A DNA stretch of 64,000 nucleotides, from contig OX597821.1 in NCBI GenBank assembly GCA_951406725.2, forward strand, positions 35,898,001-35,962,000. Reading direction: 5' to 3'. The position numbers and the translations under genes were made by a program. Source of the stretch: Octopus vulgaris. Lineage: Eukaryota. Below are positions 1 through 15,530 of this stretch, in pieces. A model generated the notes under the pieces. That model ran no database searches. It was not told where the DNA came from and saw only the letters and a program-made list of their open reading frames with translations. Numbering within the stretch: position 1 is the stretch's first letter; every line of letters starts with the position of its first letter.

Positions 1-3000
1 ATGGACTTAAGAATATAGTCAAACACTATCGTGCTTGAATGATACACTATCAGCATGCCAGAGATCAACATAGCGTCATTCTAGGCCTGTTTGACAGTTA
101 TAGTTTACACAAACTCTCAAGAGGCTCGCCGCATAGATAAATACGACAGAATGACTTTATAAACATAATCTTTACAAACAAGATCTTTTTCTTTCTTTTT
201 TTTTTTTGTTGCCACTTTTCAATTTCTTCAATTTTGTTTCAATAAATTTCAAATTTGGTGTATTTATATAGTTTTGTATACTAATTATTGACATGAAATT
301 CAGTTTTGCCACAAATCAATAAATAAACAGCTGATAGCTTTCATTTTCTATACCCAACTCTTGAATGATTAACACTACGAAATATGTGTTATTTACTTAT
401 TTACTCGTTGTTTGGCTATTTTTCGTTTACTGAATGCATAAACACGTGCCATCAAGTAATGCTGACATTATTTTTTTGTCGTTTCACACAAAATGACAGC
501 TTTTTAATCCTGTTTTCTGTCGCAGTAAACATCTTTAAACATCTATAACTTTTTTAAATAACAATGGAATAAGTGAATATGGCTCTGAAATACAGCATGA
601 AAAATTTCTTGTACAAATACGTATTGAAACAACGGACATGAATGATTAACACAGACTGATTTGTGAAAATCGTTAGCAATTAGACAATCAAAATCTTTTT
701 GATTGTTTTTTTTCTATACATTATGTACTCTCTGTTATGAAAACCTCAATGTATTAATTCAGGGTAAACTGGAAAGGCGACGATTTAATCATCACGTTGT
801 ATAACATCTGATAGTAAACTGAATGACCGTGGATACGCCGTGAGAAGAGTCACTGCATTCTCCCTTTGAAGTGGGATATATCTTATATTTGTAAAGCTCT
901 GAGATAGAACAAAAGCTAGCAAAATTCATATTTCTAAATAGGTGGTATTGCAAAATGTATGCATATCTAAACAAAATCGTCGTTGACAACAAATACCCAA
1001 ATATTGTACAACGTACTAATTACTGGCTTTCATGTAACACTTTATATACTTATATCTATAAATGTATTTTCAACTTTTCTTATAAACCTCTTTAGAATGA
1101 CTTACGAAAACACAGAATTTTCTACAAATATCGGTTCCAAATTACGGGACAAGATCAGCAATTTCTGGAGGGAGTGTTGGCCGATTACATCGGTCCCATT
1201 GCCCAACTGGTACTTACTTTAATCGACTCCGAAAGAATGAAAGGCAATGTCGACCTCAGTGGAATTTAAACTTAGAACATAAAGACGGACAAAATACCTC
1301 TCAGCATGTTGCGGGCGAACTAAACGGTTTTGATAGCTCCTCGCTCTGTTTTCCTACGAATATTAAACAATGATTTCAAAATAGCAATGCTATTTTGGTA
1401 CTTATTTTATCGGCCACTAAAGGATGGAAGGTAAATTCGACCTCGGAGGAATTTGAGCCCAGAACATAAAGACGGACGAAATGCCAATAAAAATTTTGCC
1501 CGCCGTGTTAACACCTAAGCCATCTCACCGCCTTAATAATATTAATAGTAATAACAACATCAGAAACAAAAACCAGGAACAAAAATAAGAACAATACATT
1601 TAAACAGAAGGCTACAAGTATTTCGACGGAGCGGGAGTCGACTGTACTTACCCCAAACATTGAGTGGGACTTATTTTATCGACCCTGTATGATAGAAGAC
1701 TCAGTCGTCGAACGATAGCTTAAATGGCCGAAACGACAAAGTCACTGTCAATAACATACTTGTTGAGCATCATATAAAATATGTCAAATGAATCAAACGC
1801 ATTATTTTGAATTTGATTATCAATTTCACTATTTCAAATGATCCGTGCGAACATATTTCCAGGCAAAGAATGACAATTTATGCTTAGCTTGTGAAGCAAT
1901 ATAAGCATTCGTTGCCTCAGAACAATAGAATAATATATAAATAATAATACGCTAGCTACTATTTCTAAAACATCGTTTAATATTCGTAGGAAGACGCAGT
2001 ATTTTCCAAAGTCAGTCTATAGAGATTTACACTAAGTTTATCTGTTTATTCATATAACATAGACATTATTATATTAACTGTTATAATTGAGCCAATAATC
2101 GGTGCGTTAATGCAATATTTGAATATGATTTATATGGACGAGAATTTGAACAGGAAAAAGAGAATTTGGAATACTGTTTTTGTTACTATATTTTTTACCT
2201 TCTGCTAAGTGCAGCAAAAGGAAGGCAGCAAAGGTAATATTGTTGCAGTGTTTTGAAGTATTTCCAGGTGAAATCTGATTATGAAAGATTTTAAAATAGA
2301 AAGTTGAATGTAGGCGCAGGCATGGCTCTGTAGTAATAATTTGTCTCCCTCACAATCCCTTGACAACCGATATTGGTGAGTTACGTCCCCGTAACATAGC
2401 GGTTCAGCATAGACACCGATAAGCTTAGAAAAATAAATCATTGAGTCGATTTGTTCAACTAACGGCGGTGCTCCACCAAGACTGCAGACAAATTACTGAA
2501 ACAATAAAAGAGTAAAAGAGTGATGTGTCACACAACATAAATTTATAACCTGCTGCATTTATGCAGTCATTGATGTTCTCTTATTTCCTCCGGAATTGTC
2601 TGACATATGGAAATAACCATATGTATGGGAATTTCTTTACAAGTATACATTGAAACAGAAGACATGAATATTCAACACTGAATAAACTGTGCATATGATC
2701 AGCAATTAGACAAGGTAAAGAAATTCGATGCACTCATTAATGTGGAAATACAACTATTTATATTCTCACGTTCCATAACCTTTGATAACAAACTGAATGC
2801 CTTTGGATCGGTTGTAAACAAAGAGGAGTCACTCAATTTGAAGTGGGAAATATCTTAAATAAATAAAGCTGTGAGATGGAAGAAAGCCTTTGTCATATTT
2901 TTAAAAAGTTGTTGCTGTTTAGTTATTAAAATTCTTGGGAGAATTATGTTTTCATCATGCGAAGCATGCATTTGGGAATAAAATCATTGAAAAACAACTA

Positions 3001-4879
3001 CCTAGATAATGTACCAACGTACCAATTATTAGCTCTAATATAACATGATATAATTATATCTATGTTAAATACACAAATATTTTGAATTTAGCATAAATCT
3101 GTACAGTTTAGAGAGGTCGTTAGTCAATTACATCGATACCAACGCTCAACTGGTATTTATTATATCGACCGGGAAAGGATGAAACACAAAGACGACCTCG
3201 ATGGAATTTGAACTAAGAACATAAAGACGGACGAAACATCTCTCAACATTTTGCCTGGCGTGCTAAACGATTCCGCCATCTCCCTCTGTTTTCCTACGAA
3301 TATTTAAACAATGCTGTCAAAATAGCAATGCCGTTTTATTATCACTTTATTTTATCGAAGAAGAAAGGGTGAAAAGTAAGTTTATATGAGAGAAACTTGA
3401 GCTCAGTACGTCCTTTGTTTCGTTTGTTTTGTCCCCAAATGTCCTTGCATAGTCCCCTCTTCGTTGGCTCCTTGTTGGCAATAAAGAAATAAAGTCAGTA
3501 GTAGTAGTTCTCAGCTGGAATCAGTGTTATGTACAAGTTCGTGTTACTTATAAGGTAAACGTTTCTAGTCTATCTTGCGGAGCTATCAGCGATAGCACGA
3601 TTGCCAAGTTAAAGATAATAAGACGAGGAATACCGCCACAACGTAATAGTGGTGACAAGAATATTTCAGCACCGGCAATACCATACAAGTGGAAGAAAAT
3701 CCACATTATAAAAATATATGTTATACTAACAAATATTTTTAATTTAGTATAAACGTCTATAGGTTAACGAAAACATATACTGGTTTCAAATTTTTGCACA
3801 AGGCCAGCATTTTCTGTGGATGTCATTAGTCAATTACATCGAACCTAGTTCTCAACTAGTACTTATTTTATGGACCCTGGAACAATGAAAGTCTAAGTCG
3901 ACGTCGGCGGAACTTTAACTTAGAACATAAAAACAGACGAAATGCCGCTAAGCATTTTGCCCTGCCAGGTAAACGATTCTGCTAGCTCAACGTCGTATTT
4001 TCCTACGTATATTAGTTTCAAATTTTGGCACAATGCATCGACCACAGAGTTCAGCTGTTTCTCGTTTTATCGTCGCCGAAATAAAAAAACCACGGTCAAC
4101 GTCAGTTGAAGCAAAGGCTCTTTTCTTGAAAACATGATTATATGGAATATTTGATATTGTGAAACTGATAACGAAACTCATAATTGTGCATTTCTTTCAT
4201 TTGATATATTTTATATGATCCTCATCATTTAACATTTATTTTTAAAATGACATTACAACATTAGTAATTATTTAGCAAATATGCAATATGTATTGTTTGA
4301 TTTGTGGTAATTTAAATGATAATGGTATTTATTTGTTTATAGATTTAGTAAATGTTGGCGTATATGTAGTAAACTTAATAATGGAAATAATAGAGGTAGT
4401 GATAGGGGTGACAAAAAGAATAGCAGTTGGTTTTTGTAATACTGTTGATGGTAGTGACGGTAATGATAGTTCTGATAATAACTGTAATTATATGTCAGTT
4501 CAGATTTAGTGATATCGGTAACATGATGGTCTACAAAGTAACCAGGACCAGAATAATCCTAATCCTAGTCCTGTAGTGACAGCATGAAAAATACCCACTA
4601 AAGCTTCTTATACAGCCCAACAAAAGCCAGGCAATAACCTCATTGTACAAACATACACTGCGTACGGAAATTTAGTAGGCAATGAAGTACGAAGTCATAT
4701 AGATGCAAATAAGTTAATGTACGTAGATATATCATCAAGAACAAAATGACTAACTTACGCAATTACATCGGGATAGATTTTCACTTTGATATGTATGCTA
4801 AAGCAACTTTATATGAGGCAAGCTCATAAAAACAATATCCGCTAAATTAGATACCATCAAAGTATTTGGCCCAGACGAA

Positions 4880-6010
4880 ACTGATAATCACAAGGGAATG
4901 AAAGTAAGACATAGCATAAGTCCATAAGTCATGCCAATATGAAGGAAAGATAAGAGAGGGGTACAATAAGAGAATAAGACTTGTACTGAAGACTGAACTA
5001 TATCTAAAAATCTCATCGAAGCATTTAACACTGGTATTTCTTGTAGTCCATTACAGTTTTAGTAGCATTAACTGGAATCCTGGGAATCCATTGTATGAAC
5101 AGGAAGTTAAAGAGATTACTGATATCTATGAACAGGCACCACTCTAAGGCAGACGTTAACCGTCTGTATCTACATAGAAGCAGTGGAGTAAGTGCAATGA
5201 TGCAATTAGAACTCTGGTAGAAAATCTCTACTATAGGAATGAAGAAACAAATTGAAGATCAGTGAATCCAGAAATCTTTGCATGGACAATATAGAATGCT
5301 GATGTTGACCAAAAACCAAACCATAAGTTGGCGAGGAGTCCAAGGTTCTATGAAGAGTCTAAATGTTTTATACTGGTGGCACAAGATCAAAGCTTGTTTA
5401 CCAGAAATTATCAAGCTGATGTTCTTCCAGAAGATGCTGACCGAAAGTGCAGATTTCCAAACACTTTTGTCGAAACAAAACGCCGTCTTGTGTTGGTCTA
5501 TCCTGTGCTAATATCAAACAAATACAAAGATCCCCACGATAGGATAATACAGTATTTACTTTGGGAAATATCTAAGCACTGCAAAATCTATACTCCTGCT
5601 AACTGGTATGTGCACCATCTTGAGCCATTTGTTGCAGGTAAAAATGTTACCATTTCTGGGATTTTCTCATCAATACTGACAGAATAATCCAGACTAATCG
5701 ACCAGACAAAATTATTGAAGACGGAAAAGAAAATATGTGTAGACTAATAGAAATAAATGTTCCCTCTGATAAAAATATATCTGTAAAGGAATTAGTCAAG
5801 CTTAGTAAATATAAGGACCTGAGAATTGTAATACAAGTGATACAGCATCTTAAAACATAAATTGTTCCTTTTATTGTAGCTGTCCTAAGTAAGATAAAAA
5901 AGGATGTCTGAAATATCTAGACAATATTCCTTATCTCAAAACAATTTAACTTAAAGTAATCAATAGATTGTACTCATAGCTATTGCCCAAATTCTTAATA
6001 ATGCTGTGTT
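4880..6010 (+). mobile_element. Decayed R4/Dong-like LINE 3' fragment
   Basis: AQDQSLFTRNY, HDRIIQYLLW and NRPD-like motifs with many stops. Confidence 0.65.
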
Positions 6011-6160
6011 TATCTTGATATGAAATCACTATGTCGCGAACATATGGTTGTGATGCATGTGACTGGTGTACATGTATTAGATAGGTAGTCACGTTGGGTA
6101 TACTGAGTTCGTATATTTTACACCAGTGTCACTTTGTTGCCATGCACCGCTCTCTCACTC

Positions 6161-6207
<47 letters not shown>

Positions 6208-6210
6208 TAA

Positions 6211-6768
6211 TAATATGGAAGCTATGCCAACATTATGGAATAACAACAGAAAAAAGATGGTATAGGCACACACCAGAAAAGGTCACAGAAAACGAAAAAG
6301 CAACCATACTCTGGGATATGCCGATACACACAGATAGAGAAATTAAGGCCAACAGACCAGATATAGTTGTCAGAGATCATGAAGAAAAAAATGCTTTCTA
6401 ATTGATGTATCAATACCGGCAGATGACAACGTGTCTCTAAAAGAAATGGAGAAACTCTCAAAATACAAAGACCTGGAAATAGAGGTAACTAGAATGTGGA
6501 ACCTGAAAACAGAAACAATTCCTATCATAGTAGGTGCATTAGGCATGATAAAAAAATATTCAGACAAATACATAACAAAAACACCAGGACTTACAAACAC
6601 ATATAACATACAGAAAATTGCACTACTAGGCACTGCACACATCCTACGCAGAACACTTTCCATACAATAACCATCAGAGCATCACAACAAATCACAGCAC
6701 ATACCCAAGGCACACATAGCTGCGCTCGGTAGTGAAGTAAAAGCACGCTATAAAAATAAAACTACTGA
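6211..6768 (+). mobile_element. 5'-truncated R4/Dong-like (RLE) LINE inserted in (AAT)n
   Basis: ILWDMPIHTD..ANRPDIVV, KLSKYKDL, PIIVGALG restriction-like endonuclease motifs. (AAT)n on both sides. Confidence 0.8.
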
Positions 6769-6949
6769 ATAATAATAATAATAATATAACAAAAGAATTG
6801 ATGGTCAACAAAATTGGGTTCTAGAAGCTATTAAAAGACGGATATCGGGTGATGTTGGGCATGCAAGAAACAAACGTGGTATTGTGGAAGAGTTGTATAA
6901 TTGTTCGCAAGAATATACAGCCGTAAATTGTGAAAGAATTTAGATCAGT

Positions 6950-8850
6950 GACTACTTAAACAACGAAGACCAATTAATAATGAACAGGATTGTATTGAGA
7001 CACATTGAAACAAAGAATATCACAAAAACAAATAACCTTATCAAGGCTTCGAGTAGGATTATGGCAGAAGGGATGGGATTGAGAACTACTGAGAAAAGAA
7101 CAGCGACGGATAGAAGAAGAAGTAAACAAATTAGGTGGAAAAGGAAAACTTCAGAAGATATAAACTCCTTGAACAGTTTAGTGTCAATACTTGTGAGGAA
7201 CAGAAATAGAGAACTTAAGAATAAACGGAAATTTGAAAACTGTCAGTAAGAATTTTGTAGTTGAAGAACTGAAGCAGCGCATACATGTAAAAAAAAAAGA
7301 AGAAAGCGAAGTTAACTAGGTTTGATCAACGGATTAAATAATACCGATAAAACAAATTGTTTAGAAGCGACCGAAAATGAATATAACAAGAGGTTAATGA
7401 TGATAAAAATGTGAAAGATTAATCCCTGATGTTAATGAAGGTTTACTTTTCAGGGGTAAGATATGGAGTAAGCAAGAACAACATAATACTACAGCTGAAT
7501 GGCTCTGTAACCTGAAGTAAACACCATCTTATTCCCAACAAGAGGCTATCCACTTCACAGAAGATAGTATCAGAAATATTAGTGAAAAGATAAGCAATTT
7601 GAAAGCAGCAGAACTTGATGGTCTACAGGGATTTGGGATTTAAAAAGTTCAGTAGCTGCATTAAATTGATCGCAGAATAATTAAATACATTGATTAATGG
7701 AGGAGACGAGATCCCAAGCTGGTTGACAAAAGGGCGAAAGGTGCTGTGTCTGAAGGATGCATCAAAGAAAAATGCTGCTAAAAATTACAGGTCAATTTCT
7801 TGCCTTCCATTGTTGTGGAAGTTGCTCTCAGGAGGAATTGCAGAAGATCTGTACAAATTTCTTGATGAGAACGATATATTACCGACGAAATAAAAAGGCT
7901 GTAGCAGGAGATCCAGAGGTACCAAAGGTCAATTATTGATAGTGAAAATGGTTATGCAAGATTGTAAACGAAGGAGAACAAATTTAGGATCGGTCTGGAT
8001 TGACTATCGCAAAGCTTATGACATGATTCAACATTCGCGGATCATCGGGTGCTTAGATTTCTTTGGAATTGCGAGGAATATAACGTGTTTCCTGAAAAGA
8101 AGTATGATGAGGGGGAAAACTGAACTGACATCTTACGGAAAAAAGCTTCGGCATCCTGTTTATCAAAAGAGGGATTTTCCAGGGTGATAGCGTATCTCTC
8201 ACTGCTTTTTGTTTCTATGATACACCTGACCTTGATAGTTAGGAAAATAAACCTAGGATACCAAGTAATGGGGAAATCCCAAACAATTAAGTACATCCTT
8301 TTCATAGATGATTTGAAACTGTATGGCAAAGATGAGACACAAGTGAGTTCTTTGGTAAACACGGTGCACTATTTTATTACTGATATTAGAATGGAATTCA
8401 GACTCAAAATGTGCGGAATATTCTACCTAAAAGAGGCAAGGTAAAGTCAAGTCCCAAGCAGAGAGAGAATTACCGAACACAGAATTGATTAAACAAATTG
8501 AAACAGAAGGCTGCAAATAACTTGGCACACTAGAGTTCAACGAGATAATGGTGTATGAAATAAAAGAACAATTGAGGATAGAATATTTCCGACGACTAAG
8601 GTTTGTAGTCTGCTCAAAATTGACCGGGTGGAATAAAATCCAAACGGTTAATATATGGACGAAAGCATCACTTTGGTATGGAGCGAGCGGTATGCAAAAA
8701 AGAGGAGTGATGAAAATGAATACAAATTTTTTTTTAAATGTTGCCAGTACACGGTGCCTTCCACCCAACGGATGACCAGTAGGGCTGTACTTGTCCAGAA
8801 GAAAAGGTGGGACATGTTTGATCAGTTGACAGGACTGTATCAAATTAATT
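6950..8850 (+). mobile_element. Decayed R4/Dong-like LINE RT fragment
   Basis: [31 protein letters not shown] in broken frames. Confidence 0.75.
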
Positions 8851-11800
8851 CATAATTTTCTTATGTTTTCTTAAACATTTTCTGGGACAATAATACTATG
8901 TGCAGAACCAAATATATGACACCCTAGGCATAACATCAACATGAAATTCTAACTTGTTGTCTCTTGAAGTCTCTTGAAGTCGATCTTCACGATCGACTTG
9001 GCTGATAACTAGATCCTTCCTACACCCGTCAATATCTGTTTGACAACGGTCCACATGTCACGAATTCCTGTAGTGTATGAATGCACTCAGAATGGTGACA
9101 TCGCCCTGCATATCTCGAGGAAGTCCTTCTGGCGACATATACGTGCCTGTAGAGCCTGTCTCGAACTAGCAGAGCTCCCTGGTAGTTCCATAGTCCCCTT
9201 CCCGAAATTCCTCCGGAAATGACCAACTGATTGCTCCCTGCCGACACCCAGAGTTTCCCCCAAAAACGTCATCACTCTTGCCTGCCACTAATCTCTAACA
9301 GAATTCAAAAGTAGAACTTTCACTGACAACATTGCGCGATTGGCAGCGAGCTGTGAGCACTTGTCGATACTCCAGGTGTCAAGTTCTCTTTTTCGGTCTA
9401 CGCTGGATCTAGGGCTGTAGCTCCGTCACTGAGACGAGAAGAGGAAAATCCCGTCTAACAAACGGCGATCACACTTGCTCACCGTCGAGAATACACTGAT
9501 AATATTGCAGCCTCAGTGCATGTCTGCGCATCATTAGCCACCGCATGCGGATGCCTCCTCTCAGCAGCAGCAGGTGGCTGACGTGCGAAACACGCCCCTT
9601 CCATAGAAAATGGGAGAATAAGCGCGCTCCAGGTTGATTAGTCACAAAATAGAGTAAATGGCGACGATATAGGCATTAGCCACCTCCACCCAACCATTTA
9701 CGCACAGCTTTCTCTCTGCCTATTTTTGAGTAAGTCTGGATACTCTGATCGTGGCCTAACCTAAGTACTTGTCCACCTTGTGGACCGGTCTAATCCAAGC
9801 CACGAGCAATTTAACCGATTGTTAAATTCAGTGCCCTACGGCGCTGTCGACTGTCATATGATAGCATTATGTCATGGGTATGAAATTCCACTTCATCATG
9901 TTATGAGGCTCTAGTTCGGGATATTTTTGGAGTTGTGGGGAGCATGAAATTACTCCTTAATTACCATTAATCCAGGTCCGTTATGGCCCAGAATATTATT
10001 GCTTGTCAGTTTCCCATCTAAACATTAAATAGATTTCCGAGGTATTGTGGAGATTCCGGTTGTTGTTGTTTTTCAACGCTATCGGGAAGGCAGCCTTTTA
10101 GAAGAAAGTTACTCTAAGGTAAAAATTTGCTCGTCGTCTCGCTATGCTTGTCAGGGAAATCTTCTATGGCAACCGACAAAATGACAAAAGTATTGTAAAT
10201 GCTTTGTAATAGAAATTCATAGAAATTTCATTTCTTGATCCCTTCTGTATTTTATATTAGTTTATGTAGATCTATGATGATGGATATTCCCGTACATGCA
10301 AGGATGAAAATAAATCAGAGCAATCGGGCTGAATGTGAGACTGTTTCCATCTACGTAGTTCAAAGATTATGTGAATCAAGTATGAAATTGAAGTCGCATT
10401 TGAGAATACAATTCCAACAGAAACTTGGGTTTACTGAGATGTGTACGCCCATGTACAATCATTGTGACCCAACATACACATCTCGAGGTCTTTTCTGACC
10501 CTACATCACCTCTTCCAATGATTCTCTAATGTTTGTCAATTGTTTTATAATTTTCTCTCTATTTTTTCCCCATCGACTCTTCTTCTTTGCATCTTACTAA
10601 CTCTGCTACTATGATTCTTTACATTTAACTTTCACCCATTAATTTTCTGTCTTACTCCTCAACTGAATTGTTTACTAATGATATGCAACACACAGCAACG
10701 GGTATCAACATGCACATTGAACAACGAGTACATTTGATACGATGAACTAACACGTATAGCCACATATAGAATGAGAGGTGCTGAGTGAGATGGAAGTAAA
10801 TTTATTTTATAATAATCTGCATGTCTTCATAAATTTCATGTAGAGATATAGCATGGTTGTTGGTGCGTTAATCTGAAGAGTATTACTTCGTCACTTCGTT
10901 CCTTGGACAGTCGACGGATTAACTCCTTCATTATATATTGTTACAGCTTACACAGGTGAAATGAGTCCTAGTACAACCGACTCGAACTCTTTGTCTAACA
11001 CTTCCTCTGGGTTATGTGTGGTAGGGTCAAGAGAGTACTTATGTCTTTTGGTGACTACAGAATCTCTTAAATCTCTTAACGAAACCATAATACACTTACA
11101 ATGTCACACTCCCTTTCGCGTGACGAATGCTCTCCTTGATCATTAATTCTAGTACAACTAGAAATTAGGTTAATTATGCTTCTAATTATATGCTAAAAAC
11201 ATATGCACTGTTACTTGTAATTTATAATGTAGAACCGGAATTTCAAGCTGCAGTAATTAAAAACTGCATCAACAAGGAGACATAAATATCAACAATGTAC
11301 AGCAGAATAATCGAGATATTTAAATTTTGCAGTTTGTTTACCGTACTTTGTAGATATTTCTGGAAATTGAATTTGCAACTATACATTACTGAGTCTTAAT
11401 ACTTGTGCACTTATAATGCCCCAGAAGTGGCCGATATTATAATACGGTTTCTAATAAAGTTAAATTGTGATTGGACAGATATAAGCGGTTATAATTTTTG
11501 ATATCTCAAGACCTAATCCAAAGATTTGGTAACATTACAATATTTAGAATATTGAATATCAGAAAATGTTTAAATCATTTTTTTCAATTAGTCCAGCTTA
11601 TGACATAGTATAAATAACAACAAAATCGAATGAAATAGAATATATTTATATGAGTAGACCATGTTGAATTATCGACGATCATTATCCATATCATTCAACC
11701 ACGGTAGTAGTTGAATAATATTAAGGTCGACATGGCGGCTAGCAGGCAGAAACGTTAGCACGCCGGGCGAAATACATACCAGTATTTCGTCTATCTTTAA

Positions 11801-12498
11801 CGTTTTGAGTTCAAATTCCGCTGAGGTCGACTTTGCCTTTCATCCTTTCGGAGTCGATAATTTAAATAATAGCTGCGTACTGAGGTCGATCTAATCGATT
11901 GCCCACCTCCCCAAAGATTTCGGGCCTTGTTCCTAGAGCAGAAAAGAATATTCTTAAGGTCGTCAATTACTCTCTCGCAGCCTCTTCAAAGAAAGCTTTG
12001 TTGCTATCTCATTTCTCTACCAAATTCAAAACCGATAACGTTTCTATAATATTCACCTCGCAAGCTACATTTTGGTATAAAAATATTAAAATTTGGTTCT
12101 GCGGAAAACAGTTACATTGAAATGTCTGAGGCCCAAATGGGGAGAGTAAGGTGAAATTTTGACTTTGAAAGAAGTAGACTTTTTATTTTACAAACAAACT
12201 ATATTTTATTTAAACTTAAATGATAGAACGAAACGAGAGGAATCTAAACATGTCATCAAAAGAATATTTAATGTACAGAAGTTGTGAAGCGAAAAGTGCC
12301 GAAAAATGTAACGCCTTCAGTCGACTTTGACTTAAAAAAAGCTTCTTAATTTAAAAGCAATCTATATTTTATTTAAGCTCGAAAGATCAATCAATACGCG
12401 AGGAATCTAAAAATGCTATTTTTATGCAATAAAAATTTGTAGAAAAAAAAGCTAGGAAGTAAAATGTGACAAAAAATGTGAGTGACGCTAGAAAGGAT

Positions 12499-12601
<103 letters not shown>

Positions 12602-12602
12602 G

Positions 12603-12659
<57 letters not shown>

Positions 12660-12664
12660 GTATA

Positions 12665-12757
<93 letters not shown>

Positions 12758-13007
12758 TTGTATATATACATTTAATGTAGGATAAATTTTTTTCGAAAAA
12801 AAATTTCTTATCAATGGCCAGCATATTAAAAAATACCTTTAAAGGTTAAATTTATAAACAACTTATAAATAAGGGCAAACGAAAAAAATTTCTAATGCCA
12901 AATATGCCGAAATTAGACACATTGTCCATAACCATTATAATTTTTTCAGAATACGCACGCTACTCAAAAAAAATCCGACAGAAATTACTAAAAAATTCCA
13001 TTATTAC

Positions 13008-13066
13008 CATATCGGACCGATTTCAGGGTTAGTTCGTAAGAACCCTCCCTTCGTCAGTGATAAATG
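13008..13066 (-). ncRNA. Type I hammerhead ribozyme motif
   Basis: Minus: CAT-tt-ATCA CTGACGA AGGG..GGTTC ttac GAACT..CCCT GAAA TCGG TC CGAT-ATG. Core intact, GUC triplet, one mismatch at the base of stem I. Confidence 0.75.
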
Positions 13067-13479
13067 TGGCAAAGAAATAAATAAGATACTTACTCATACC
13101 CATGGAAGAAGCAAACAGTAAGTCATGAGCACAATTAAGTACCCCAAATACATCCAAAATAGAAATTCTCCAGCCATTTGAGACACGTGCGATTTGAACT
13201 GAGGCTCTCACAGAGTGAGAGAGTATCTTTATTATGATCATGGTGATCTTACATAGAATGGGACAATACAGGACAAACAAAAGACAAAGATGTTACATGA
13301 GTTCGCATGATATAAATATTAAAAATTTACTTAAATAATATGTATTTTATATATCGTTTGAATTTTCCTTTAAATAGAACTTTGATTTAAACTGAAACTA
13401 AATCAAAGAAAAACACGAACAAAACGTTATGGGTCGCACTCGGCAGCCTGTAAAACCCAGCAACGAACTTTTCCTTTCC

Positions 13480-15530
13480 TCAACAATTAAGCTGGGTTGC
13501 TAACACCCACCTTTCTCATCACATCCTTCCATCGTTTCTCGAATACTCTCGGTGGCAGGGTCCTCCTCTCCAGCCCCATCTTGCTCTGCTCTTCAGATGG
13601 TATCTGAAGTAGGTCAGCAAACCGGGGCCTGAGATGAAAGACCCTTTCAACGCACCTTCCATTCTCGTTCTCCAGACGCACTCTTTCAATATTGCAACCG
13701 TACAGTAAAAACATGCTATAAACACCTGCACCATCTCCGCCTTGCCCTTCAAGGACAGAGGCCTTCCGGACCACTTCCGTACTATGTCCTCCACCTTGTT
13801 CACTACCTCGCTCCAATTCTTCTCCGCCTGGGATTCCGGACCAAACCACACTCCGAGCAACTTAACAGGATCATCTGTCCAGTGTCCGACGACACTGGAC
13901 GATATCGGTTTGTTCCTCCAGGTGCCGAGGCGCAAACCGATCGTCTTGTCCTTGTTAACTTTTGCCCCTGTACATAGCGGAGATCCACCCACGAAAGCCA
14001 GTGTCCAGCCCTGCCGCTTCGAGGACCGCCCCTATCGAACGCTTTACTTTGGTCTAAATGGACCAATGCCCCTCCTTTCCCGGCTAATTTCCCAACCCTA
14101 TCTAAGGTGTAGCGTAGAAGGTGAAGATTATCCTGAATCGACCTGCGTGGGATTGCACATGTCTGTGCCTTCCCGACAAGTTTCTTCACGACAACCGTCA
14201 ACCTTTTTTGCTAGCACCTTGGCCAAAATCTTTAACTCTACATTTAAGTAGTGTTATGGGCCTGTAATTACTGATACAATCCCCCTTGCTCGGGTCTTTC
14301 TGGATCAGTGTCACAACTCCCCGGCTCACAGAACTGGGAATTATCCCGTTCTGTTGCCAGTTTGCATAGACACCCGCCAGTATATCCCCGAACGAGTCCG
14401 GCATACAACGATAAAACTCATAGGGCAGACCATCTAGCCCCGTCGACTTTTCCCCGGCGCACTCGGCCAACACCTCTCTTACCTCCTCGGGAGTGATCGG
14501 TCCTTCACAGCATTCAGCCTCACGTGTCGAAAGTCGTGGCCCACCGGCTAGGAAGTCTCTTAAGGGTTCCCCCCGCTCAAGCGGACCACTCCCCACGAAC
14601 AACTGAGCAAAATGCTGGTGAAAGACTTTCTGAATCTCCTCCTGTCCATAGATCTTGCGTCCCCGCTCGTCCGTTAAAGACTTTTATAGAGGACATTTTA
14701 CCTCTCTGACTCTCCACACGACGTGCCCATCCAGCCACGTTAATACCTTCTCGCTTCCCTGCGCGTAGCTTGGCTCTGACTCTGCAGCCTTCATGCTTGG
14801 CGTTGAGGTGGCGGTACAAGACCGTTCTCGCTGCCAACACTCTAGATGCAGAGCCAGATTCCATTGCCTCGTCTAAGTTCTTAACTAGGTCGCCCTCTAT
14901 TCTAGTCCTATCTAAACTTAGCTGCTTGCTAAATCTAATGGACTCTGAACGAATGGCTCTTTTGAGGGCGTGCCACCATCTATTGTTAATGATGGTTCCA
15001 CATAATGCCCTCTGAACTAACTCCTTAATCCGGGTACGGAAAGCTTGACAAGACAAAATAGACTTGTTCATTTTCCAGTACCCGGGTCCCTGTCTATGAC
15101 ATTTATCTACGTGTACCTCACACGTCACAAGTTTGTGATCCGTGTAAGGCACAATTCAAAACTGTGGACAACTAACACTATTCTTATCTCTTTCCTTAAT
15201 AAATACCCTATCTATGTACGATCTGAGTGAGCCGTCGTTATTACTCCACGTCCACTGTGGAACGTTCGGCTCCTCCAGTCGGTAGCGGTCTACTAGCTAA
15301 TAGCTCTCTAGCAGACCCTTGAGGCAAGGATTCCCTTTCCTATCAGTTGAACCCACACTATCGACCCGCGCTTCGAGGATAGAGTTGAAGTCCCCTAAAA
15401 AAAAATAACGTTTTAGACGTCACTAGAAAGTGCTCCAGTTCCCGGTAAAAACCTGACTGCATACCCTTCACAGGAGCGTATACAGCTACCAACCTGAAGG
15501 ATTGTTTACTCACGTCAACCCGGCCAGTTT
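13480..15530 (-). mobile_element. Decayed Tx1/L1-clade LINE (endonuclease + RT)
   Basis: DHKLV..GYWKMN, GLDGLPYEFY, NYRPITLL, LDQSKAFDR, LSLKGK. GC-rich relative to flanks. Confidence 0.85.

Noticed and set aside
9000-9850. GC-richer segment, possibly an LTR-retroelement remnant
   Set aside because: No diagnostic motif or terminal repeat could be identified by eye.
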